Of a stretch of 20,000 bases of DNA, positions 1 to 9,510 are shown piece after piece (position 1 is the first letter of the stretch; every line of letters begins with the position of its first letter). The notes beneath the pieces are model-generated. The model was not told the DNA's origin, ran no database searches, and saw only the letters and a list, made by a program, of their open reading frames with translations. This DNA is from Ancylonema sp. (Eukaryota), in contig JBFLGF010000113.1 of NCBI GenBank assembly GCA_050230475.1, forward strand, positions 52,098 to 72,097, read 5' to 3'. Position numbers and translations under genes: made by a program.

Positions 1-162
1 AGCTGGCAGGAAAGGGGCAATGTCGGTTTTGGATAACATCTTCCTCCTGCTCACTTTCTTCCCATGTCCATCATGAACGCTAAGTTTCATCCTTCATCGT
101 CGATGTTTTCGAAACCGAAAGGTCTTTGCTGTCGATTCCTGTCAGGCACAAGCAGTTGTTGA

Positions 163-444
<282 letters not shown>

Positions 445-544
445 TGAAGGAAGTTGATACGGGGAAGGGAGGTATGGGAGCCTCTGTGCCTTGCTGCAGC
501 ATCATCGCTGTGGTGCTTTTTTTTTGGTGCTGCCCTGTTTCTGA

Positions 545-712
<168 letters not shown>

Positions 713-1350
713 CTCCCACTGATTGACTAGTTGGCAGGTAAGTCTCGGATGCTCTCTCGTACCTCTCTTTCCCACTGTCTTTGTAGTGAGGAATTCTATC
801 TGAGGTAAGATTGGCTGGATATTTTTAAAAGGCGTTGTAAAAAAAATCCCCTTTTTTTTTTAACATGCCCTTGCGTTTCCGCATCTGTGGTGCTACTTGA
901 CCATTTTGGGCCATTATTTAATTATATATATTATTTTTCTATTTTGTGCTATGATTTTATGTGCGTGTACCTGTTTATTGTCTCTTTTGCAGTGAAGGGC
1001 AGCAGACACAAGTGGATTTGCCGTATGCTGCGTCAGTTAGTTTCAAGACTTGACGCCATGGTTTTCGCTGGCATGTATGAGAAACCCTTTTTTGGAGTTG
1101 GAGTATGCAGGAGATTTTGTTTTTGCTACGAGGCCATTGATTGCTTGCGACTAGAATCGGTGGAACGCAAACCCGTGAGACAATGAGCAAATAGACCAAA
1201 TTTTGTGTGCTAAAAAAAACGAGGGAGTATCGCGGACTTTTGATCTGACCGACGACCGTGACCTTCCACTCTGCTTCCAGGTCCGGAATGAAGTCACATA
1301 TCTGCATGAAAACCTACGGTGTAAGTTAACCTACTCGTTTGTGAAGTGAG

Positions 1351-1459
1351 GGCACTAGGGGTGCTGCAGCTGGCAGCATCAAAAAAATGATGCTGTCAGT
1401 TGGGGCTGAGACTAAACCCTCACTACCTGACCAGCATAATTGCTGCGTAGGGAAGTGCC
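1351..1459 (+). promoter_or_regulatory. TPP riboswitch aptamer 1 (THIC 3' UTR/intron)
   Basis: P1 GGCACT(1351-56)/AGTGCC(1454-59); P2 AGGG(1357-60)/CCCT(1417-20); 15-bp P3 CAGCTGGCAGCATCA/TGATGCTGTCAGTTG; J3/2 CTGAGA(1406-11); P4-P5 CCTGAC-CAGC-ATAATT-GCTG-CGTAGGGA. Lies downstream of THIC, where plant TPP riboswitches are known to occur. Confidence 0.96.
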
Positions 1460-1504
1460 TTTTCTTTTTTTTTTTCTTTTTTCTTTTCTTTCTTTATCAT
1501 CATG

Positions 1505-1608
1505 GCACTAGGGGTGCTTCAGCTGGTAGCAGCTGCTAGCCGCTATCAGTTGCGGCTGAGACTATACCCTCACTACCTGACCAGCATAATAGCTGCGTAG
1601 GGAAGTGC
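1505..1608 (+). promoter_or_regulatory. TPP riboswitch aptamer 2 (tandem copy)
   Basis: P1 GCACT/AGTGC; P2 AGGG/CCCT; P3 CAGCTGGTAGC/GCTATCAGTTG (a C-G pair of copy 1 is T-A here, and the apical loop differs); CTGAGA; CCTGAC-CAGC-ATAATA-GCTG-CGTAGGGA. Confidence 0.96.
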
Positions 1609-1637
1609 ATGTTTTATTGATCCATTCCTTTGTTATC

Positions 1638-1723
1638 ACACTAGGGGTGCTTAACTGATTGGCGCCTTCATGGCTGTGATCAGTTGCGGCTGAGACAGGA
1701 GGTTCAGTAGGTAGTGTAAGTGT
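1638..1723 (+). promoter_or_regulatory. Third, partial TPP aptamer-like unit (P1, 5' strand of P2, P3 and CTGAGA kept; 3' strand of P2 and P4/P5 absent)
   Basis: ACACTAGGGGTGC...TAACTGATT/GATCAGTTG stem...CGGCTGAGA, then CAGGAGGTTCAGTAGGTAGTGTAAGTGT in place of CCCTCACTACCTGACCAGC. The terminal AAGTGT can close P1 with ACACT. Confidence 0.8.
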
Positions 1724-1850
1724 TTATTGCCAGAACTGTAGTTGGCCCAATTTTTCCCGATCCCTGGCCCAGATCAGGATCTCGATCCGGATTGGACTTG
1801 ATCTAGTTCGGCTCGAAACCGAATTTGATATGGTTCGGGTCCGATCTGGA

Positions 1851-2011
1851 TTGGCGCCAGATCGGAACTATTCTGATCGCAGCGGAGCTAACAAGGGATA
1901 ATAAACACAAACGAAGTCGAATAAACGCGTTGGCGCCAGATCGGAACTATTCTGATCGCAGCGGAGCTAACAAGGGATAATAAACACAAACGAGGTCGAA
2001 TAAACGCGTTG
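1851..2011. repeat. 79-bp tandem duplication
   Basis: 1851-1929 and 1930-2008 are identical except one base (cgaagtc vs cgaggtc). Each copy contains two AATAAA hexamers. Confidence 0.95.
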
Positions 2012-2067
2012 TTGAAGCTTTACGCCGCAAAGGGTGTTCACCATTTTTCAATGTTTGTATCGAGAAG

Positions 2068-5000
2068 CATAGCTGGGTCCCGGACCGTCCGGGGATCTTC
2101 GGACGCGTCCGAGACCGGTCCGGGCCCGGACGCGTTCCGGACGCGTCCCGTACCCGGACGTCACACCCAAAATTTGAACTCCGTATGCGGCTAAGTATTC
2201 CCGGACGCCTGAACTGGCCGGCGCATTGCGAGTAGTATGCAACACAAGACAGGTTATTCCTCGGCAAGCGACGCGGCTGTAACGTGATGCGGTGAACACT
2301 TGAGGGGCATAGTGGTGTATGATGTTGCAGTGTGTAAAGCTTTCAGAAGTGTATATTGGTTAGTCTTGGAAAAACAATTCGGACAGAGTGGATGCTGCCT
2401 ACACGGCGACTATCAAGAATAATTTTACTATAGTAACATGCGGCGATGGAAAGGAAAACGGCAATGCTCAGTGGAACTGCAATTTTAGTGCGAAGAGCAT
2501 TAGTGGTACCGCAACCAGGCTACCATTGCATCTTACTCGACGGAGATCGGACGAAAACCACTGCTACAAATTTCCAGACGTTGAACGAAAGAAGATGAAT
2601 AACTCGACTTTGTAGCAAACAACAACGGGGAAGGTACCAGTTTGTAGAATCACGCAACGGATACTCAACAAGGCGAGAACCTCCTCGGCTTCCACGACAC
2701 CTGAAACCTTCAAGCGACTTGGAAAGGGAGACGTTGACGAGAAGGTGGAGCTAGTGTTCATCGCGAATGGAATGCCCTTCAAAATAGTGGAGTAAGTATG
2801 ATTTGATCGGGAATGATCTAAGTGCTATTTTGCTTCCGTTGTCATCAGTGATATTCTGCGAATCTTTAAAGCCGTAGAATAGGTTTGACTGTAGTATATC
2901 TGCTACAGTCAAACCTATTCACTCCATTGGGTCTGCAGATCACCAGAGTGGAAGGAAATGGCCAGGGCGATGCAGACCCAAGGGGGCACATACGTTTCAC
3001 CCAGTAGGAAAACTCTCGCGGAAAGCTCCTCAAGAAAGCGCGGCGAAAGACAGCTGAAGCTTCAACAAACGTGGGAGGAAGAGGGCATAAAGAAGACAGG
3101 TTTTGTGCTTCAGTCGGACGGATACGACGACAACAGCAAGCGACCTCTCATCAACACCCTGCTGTCTACACCAAGAGGCTCAAAATTCCATTCAGCTAAG
3201 GACGCCGAAGCTACCTGATGTCTCACATTTCAGATTGACTTATCATTGGTATTCAGTGTGCCTTCGCAATATGATGGAGATTTTGTGTCAAGGTTTTATT
3301 CTCATCTGGTCATTCCGTAGTATGTTTCTTATTACAAGCCATACTATACTTGTAGGTGCTGAGAAGAACGCAGAATACCTAGCCGCCCATTGGCTGGAGA
3401 CGATTGAGGAGTATGGACCCAACAATATCACTGCCTGCACAGACGGCGCCCCTAAAAATGTCAAGGCGGCAGCGATGGTCAAAGATGTGTAAGTATCCAC
3501 TCTCTAATCATGACCATATCTGATACGTGATTAGACTTGCTTGTAGGCACCCACATTTTCCCTGCATGCTCTGCTTTGCGCACTCCAGCACCCTTTACTC
3601 CTGAGCAGCTCGAAAAAGTAGTCAGACATGTGACCTTTTGTTGGACATGCTTTTAGGTACCCACATATCTTCTGGGTGCACTGCACTACCACGCCCTCGA
3701 TTTACTTCTGGAGGACATGGGGAAAATTCTGTTCCGAAACAACATTGAAGCCGGCAGGAGGATAATCAAGTTCCACCGAGGACATCAGCGATCGCGAGCG
3801 TGGGTGCGAGAGTTCTCTCCAAACAAACAACTCAGGTCACCAAGTAAGTTCTCTGAAATTATTGTTCAGCTATCTATCCTGCTCCCATCACCAAGCACAA
3901 GTCGCATAAACTTTGTATATGTGTCTTCCAAATGCTACACGCTTTTACACGGAGTTCCTGGCGGCCGAGCGACTTTTGGATCTGAGAGCGGTGTTGCGAA
4001 GCATTCAGAAAGACACTCGCTTCATTATGTGTTACCTGCAAATCGGGGAGAGGCGGGCTGGGTACAGTTGATGGTGGAGGAGAATGAGGATTTTTTTGCC
4101 CAGCTTCAGCTGATTGTGAACCTCTTTGGCCCGATTGTTGACCTGATGAAGATGACTGACAAGGACGTGGCCACTATGGGGAAGGTATGACTCCTTCAAT
4201 TCAATGATATCAATGATTGTCTTACTTGAGTGTTTTGTCATCAATCCCTTATTTTATATTATTATATGTATTTAAAATCATGAATTTTGCCCTTTTATTG
4301 TACCCTTACTCACAAGTGTACAGTCGTGCCCAAAGATTGATCACACGAGTCAACACTGTCGAGTCCCCTCATTTCACCCCCGATGTGAGGACTGCCGTGA
4401 ACAAAGTTGTGAAATCACGCGTGGCGAAACTCATCAGCCCACTCCACGCAGCTGCGTATGCCCTAGATCCTGAGTTTCAGGGTGAGAAGAAATCTTCAAA
4501 GGTGAGAGCGCATTTCGAGGAAGTTTGCGTGACCATCTTAACACCGGAAGAATGTTCGCGAGCCAACCTCGGGCTCACTGCGTTCAACAACAAGTTGGGT
4601 GCTTTTGGGAGGTCGGGTGTACTTGACATGGCCGACAAGATGCCAGCACACCAATGGTGGCTAGAGTGCGGAGGCGATTGGTCTGAGTTGCAGAGGGTGG
4701 CAGTGCGGATTCTGGCCATGGTGTCGGGCTCCGGGGCTTGTGAGCGCAATTGGCGGGTCTTCGACTTCATCAAGAGCAAGAAGAGGAACCGCCTTACTCC
4801 AAAACGAGCCATTCTACGTCTTTCACAACAACAAGTTGCTCAAGAAGCTCGAGGAAGACCTGAAGAAAGAGGCTGAAGGAGGTTTGGGGAGATTTGTGGC
4901 ATGGGGTGAAGCGAGGTTGGTGGGTGAAGAGTGGGAAGATGACGATGAGGAGGAGGAGAGGGAGGAAGAGGTGGACAAGGAGGAGGAGGTGGACGAGGAG

Positions 5001-6012
5001 GAGGAGATGGAGGTGGGGGAGGAGGGGGAGTGGGAGGAGGAGTCGGCGGAGGAGGAGGAAGAAGAAGATTGCGATAGGAGGAGGTTGGAGAGGTGAGGGT
5101 CACGGATATGGAGGGTAAGAGGGGAGGGATGGGAGGATCTGGAAGCGGGATGGGACGAAGAGGACGGGAGACGGACATGGAAGAAGATGAAGAGACATCG
5201 GGAGGTGATGATGATCTCGAAGACGAGGACGAGCACGAGGACGAGCACGAGGACGAGGCTGGGACAATGCGAGAAGAGATGCGTACTACGCTCTATATAA
5301 TAGCCAATAGTGTATGGTATATTAGAAACCCACTACATGTGTGTCCACTGAAGGTATGATAAGATGTATACGGGCGCGGTGCGTTGTACATGGGGATTGT
5401 ACCTTGAGAAATTTTATCTCAATTGTGTTTGTATCGTGAACGAGGCCGTTTGATGTATAAAATGACTAAAAGACTTGAAGAAGCTGAACGCCATCTCAAA
5501 TACAGTAGTAGTTCACCGAAAGTATGATGTAGAACTCTTTACGAAACTCTCTTGGTGATTAGTGTGCATGCAATTTTTGCACTGGTATGAAATGCGTATG
5601 CGTCTCATACAGTTGAAGATGTCCCAAACCGGTTACACATCGTTAAATACGCAAGTCGCAACTTACAACATACATTGAGCGTGGAAGAATAATTTTTACT
5701 CCAACGTCACGTGTGAAAAGATGACGTCACATGCATATGTGTATGTCTGTGTACATGATTCGTGTTGTAGTCCAAATGTAATTACAAATCACATTCCTCA
5801 GGAATTAAAAAATGTTGAGACATTATTGATTGCATATTTGTAGTTACAATTGTACCGCTATGTTTGCTACAACTGAAAAAAAAAGTTTGTTTTTTATAAA
5901 AGTTTCCATGGGTCCCGGACCGTCCGGGGATCTCCGGCCGCGTTCCGGATGCGTCCGGGGCCGGACGAGTCCCGGACGCGTCCGGGGTTCTCGCGTCCGG
6001 GACCCAACTATG
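2068..6012 (+). mobile_element. hAT-superfamily DNA transposon, 3945 bp, probably defective
   Basis: 18-bp TIRs: CATAGCTGGGTCCCGGAC (2068-2085) and GTCCGGGACCCAACTATG (5995-6012), 1 mismatch. Perfect 8-bp TSD TCGAGAAG (2060-2067, 6013-6020). GC-rich subterminal CCGGAC/GGACGCGTCC repeats. Internal transposase remnants. Confidence 0.95.
2388..5096 (+). pseudogene. Intron-containing hAT transposase pseudogene (BED-finger remnant, DUF659-type core, C-terminal dimerisation domain, acidic tail)
   Basis: Fragments: QWNCNFSAK...TATRL..HL (BED-like), FIANGMPF, PSRKTL, LQSDGYDD..KRPLIN, CTDGA..N, YPHIFWVHC..HALDLLLEDMGK (frameshift between 3658 and 3717), PLHAAAYALDP, WW...G..WSELQRVAVRILA...S.ACERNW..F.FIKSKKRNRL. 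Stop at 2613-2615 and a further frameshift near 4810. Exon boundaries are approximate. Confidence 0.88.
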
Positions 6013-6237
6013 TCGAGAAGGGCATAATTGCGGATACCGTAAGTTCATTTACGTCAAGTGCCAATTCCACGCAAAGATGACTTAGGATTAACGTCTAATT
6101 TTATTCGTTTGACATGATGAACGATAGAGATTGGGAGTACGAGACTTTGCATCGCAATAAAAAATATAAGAAGCTTTACACCACTCAGGGAAGAAGATGA
6201 CTTACAATGGGACATGTATATAGGCATGCCTTCCCAC

Positions 6238-6854
6238 CATGCCTTTCCCCGAGCCGGAAAATTTGCTCGTCGGCTGGGAGCCGGGCTCGCAAAATCCGCG
6301 AGCGAAGCGAAACCCACAGGAAAAAAAATAAAAAATAATAAAAAAATAGCCTTGTCCCCCGCTCAGTGGTTGACTATTATCTTTGCGTAGTGATATAACA
6401 TTACCAATGTTACATTACATTTTGTATTCCGTCATTTTACCGTCCCTGTTCGCAATTCCCCCTTGTCGTTTAAAAGTTGCAGTTTGTCGTTTGTGTCGAA
6501 GAATCTATCAGTTTTTTAAGAAATGCCGCATCTGATGGGTGAATATTGGTCAGTGCCCCGTCCCTCCCCTAGATGTCGTCCGATTCCCGTAATGTCAAAA
6601 GATCTTTAAGATTCGTTACAAAATCTTTCAGCTGCAAAAAAAAACCGGATCCGACGGACACAGTATCCATCATAATATAGTTACTATGTTCCGGAAGTAC
6701 TGCCCGAAGTACTAGTAACTAGTTACTACTTGCTTCGTAGAGGAGGATTTGTACTTCGTCGCATTTCCATGTTTCGTTTTTGCGAGGCGGCTCTCGCGCG
6801 CGCCGGCTTGGAGCCGGGCTCGCAAATTCCGCTAGCAGAGCGGGACCCACTATG
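6238..6854. mobile_element. Degenerate non-autonomous hAT-like element
   Basis: The right end GGGACCCACTATG resembles the right TIR of the 2068-6012 element. About 40 bp of that end (GGAGCCGGGCTCGCAAA..CCGC..ACCCAC) recurs at about 6277-6316. Possible degraded 8-bp TSD CTTCCCAC(6230-37)/TTTTCCAC(6855-62). The left TIR is largely missing. Confidence 0.45.
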
Positions 6855-7292
6855 TTTTCCACCACTTATTTGGATCCACCACCCAACCTGGTCCCACAAT
6901 TCAAAATCTCGACGACCATTCATTGTACTTGTTTGTATGCTTGCATTTGAATAGATTGCATTAGACACAAAGAAAACAGGAAATAACAACAAATAACTTA
7001 CCGCAAAGAAACATCTATCGAAGCCGACAAAGTTGTAACGATGTTGGTTGCAAACCTATGGTTATGTTGGTAGAAAATCCTTTTATTGTATCATCGGTTG
7101 GCCTTGGGTCAGTATTATTGGTCACGTAGATTCCAACGCTCATGTTCTTGCCATATAGTTACATGAAAAAATAGGATGCATTACCACCTATGCATATGCA
7201 CTCCTCGGATTCCTAAAACTCCTCCGGTTCAAGTTCAACTCTTTGAATGTATTCAGAACCACTGAATGATGTCTTATTGTCCACACAACATA

Positions 7293-8464
7293 CCGTAGTG
7301 GCCATACATAATGACCCGGGTTATAAAAATTTTAAAAAAAAAATGTGGTGACCCACCACCATGACCCGGGCAAAATATATTTATTACTCCGTGACCCAAA
7401 ATTATGAACCGGATAAAAATATTTATTATATCGTGATCTGGCAAGCAAAATGACCCACCCCAAAACAACGCGTTAACTTTACCACACCACTACCGTACTA
7501 ATCATGGTACTGTAAACCCTGTGTGCGGGGTAACTTTCGGCCGTCATTTTTATTCTATTTTTTTCCGGATTTTTCTTTTCACTTCACCGTTCACTTTATA
7601 CCATATCATCCGTTCACTTTCCTTCTCCTCAAATTTATTCGTCGTTCATTAGTTCACTTTACACTAAGAAATCCGATCACTTTTCTTCATCTCAAATTGA
7701 TTAGCGGTTCATCCAATCACCATACACGATAAAATTCATTCACTTTCCTTCATCTCAAAATCATTCGCCGTTCATCCGTTCACTTTACAATAAAAAAAAA
7801 CCGTTCACTTTCCTTTTTCTCAAAATCTTACGCCGTTCATCCGTTCACTTTCGTTCAAAATACTTATCTCGGTGCGGTGCGATCTGGGCCTTAGATTGCG
7901 GCCCTCCAGACTGCAGCAGACTTTCAAACCTGAACACAGATGGATGAAATGGAAGAGTAGATAGTGATAGAGTATGAGTAGTGCGTAGGTAGTATTGAGT
8001 GTGTGGAAATATCCACATGCTTTTCGGTCGGTTTTTGGATTTTCTATACTTTTCGGGATTTGGGATTCGTGGTTTAAAAAATCCTGAAACTATGTTGTTT
8101 ATCATGTTGGCTTGTGCATTTTGCAAAATTATAAGAAAATTGTACACCTTAACTATTCCCCGACATGTCCATCCCCCCCCCTAAATTTGCGTTAAGGAAA
8201 CCAATGACGATCGATTAGGCCGCTACCGGACCACGATTGAATCTTGGGCGACCGGGATCCAACCACATATATATATTTTGAGCAAAAAAATCGAGCTGCA
8301 TACATTATCTGAATCGTAATAAAACCAATTTTATGATGTTGACCCACTACGCCGGATTTCGGGATTTATGGCGTGACCCAACCCCAAAAAATGAATGAAT
8401 AATTCGACCCGACCCTCCTCCCTTTCAATAATCATTTGCGGATCATTTTGTATGACCAGTACGG
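7293..8464. mobile_element. Non-autonomous Tc1/mariner(pogo)-type element, TA-flanked
   Basis: TA|CCGTAGTGGCCATACATAATGACCCGG versus the reverse complement of the right end, TA|CCGTACTGGTCATACAAAATGATCCGC (5 mismatches in 29). TGACCC subterminal repeats. No credible ORF. Confidence 0.75.
7587..7850. repeat. About 63-bp minisatellite, about 4 copies, inside the 7293-8464 element
   Basis: Units starting CCGTTCACTTTCCTT-like at about 7610, 7673, 7736 and 7801. Each contains a second (CC)GTTCACTTT sub-repeat. Confidence 0.8.
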
Positions 8465-8721
8465 TATTAGGAGACCCAATGCCAAGTATTTATCATGATG
8501 TCAAATATCCACAAATATATTCCATGCAGCTAAAAGATGGTGTCGTTTGGAGAACGCGAAGGACATCATGACGAATCGAACTATTCAACTTGGACCATAT
8601 ACAAATACCTCCACCCTCCAAATAGGAAGGCTCGGAATCTTTTACTACACAACAGATTTGACCCGTGTAAGGGGGTTTTTTGGGGTGTCCCCCGAACACG
8701 ATCGATATATATGTATATATA

Positions 8722-9510
8722 CCGTAGTGGCCATACATAGTGACCCGGGGCAAAAAAAACAAAAAAAAACGTGGTGACCCACCAACTTGACCCGGGCGAA
8801 GTATATGAATCATCCCGTGACCCAAAATTATGACCCGGATAAATCATATATCTTATACCGTGACCCAGCTAGCAAAATGACCGACCCCAAAACACCGCGT
8901 ATTTTTTACGGCACCAATTGCATACTAATTATGGGACTGTAAACGCTTACACCCTCGGGTAAAAAAAGCGGAGGAGTTGTCGGCTCTAGATGGCGGCCCA
9001 GCAAAATGTCACACCTAAGCAGTGAAGAGTAGGTAGTGATGGAGTATGAGTAAGACGTAGTGAGTAGTGAGTAGTAAGTGAGTGATGGAGATGTTTGCAT
9101 AGTTGCACGCATAGTTGGGCGCGCACATGTGCGCGGGTTTGGCGCACATGTTCGGAACATGTGCGCATCGCGCTCCTCTTGGCAAAATCAAAATTTGATT
9201 TTTTGACCAATCAAAGAGCCGCCGCTCATAGTAGTAAGTATTTGAAATATTTTTATCTAAAGTATTTTTTCCTAGTTGGGCGCGCACATGTGCGCGGGGT
9301 TGAGCGCACATGGTTCGAACATGTGCGCGATTTCATTTGTGCACGTCCAACTATGGTTGCGCGCGTGCTTTCGGTTATTCGATTTTTCCATACCTTTTCG
9401 GATTTTGAAAGGTGTATTGTGTTTTGAATAATCCGGAAAACTCTTTGGTGTTTATTATGTTGGCTTGTGCGCGGTGCAAAAATGTAAGAATAATGTACAC
9501 CTTGATAATA
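8722..9510. mobile_element. Second, diverged and apparently truncated copy of the TA/CCGT element family
   Basis: 8720-8943 aligns with 7291-7517, and 9024-9510 (excluding the nested MITE) aligns with about 7952-8155. No matching right TIR was found, so the end is approximate. Confidence 0.7.
9110..9355. mobile_element. 246-bp hAT-type MITE nested in the 8722-9510 element
   Basis: TIRs CATAGTTGGGCGCGCACA / TGTGCACGTCCAACTATG (2 mismatches in 18). 8-bp TSD GTTGCACG(9102-09)/GTTGCGCG(9356-63). GCGCACATGTGCGC subterminal palindromes. Confidence 0.88.

Noticed and set aside
738..786. A definite 49-nt intron followed by an 18-nt micro-exon (787-804)
   Set aside because: The splice signals look good, but 49 nt is very short. 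Alternative use of donors 738/805 with a downstream acceptor is equally plausible, so it is not annotated without transcript data.
1738..1866. GATC-rich patch starting GTAGTTGGCCC as another transposon end
   Set aside because: It resembles subterminal repeats, but no partner TIR or TSD could be identified.
4823..5359. Ser-rich, Pro-rich and Arg-rich ORFs
   Set aside because: These are alternative-frame or antisense readings of the GAG-rich acidic tail region of the hAT element.
7587..7850. CRISPR-like array
   Set aside because: The units are degenerate tandem repeats without unique spacers, they lie inside a TIR element in eukaryotic DNA, and there are no cas genes.
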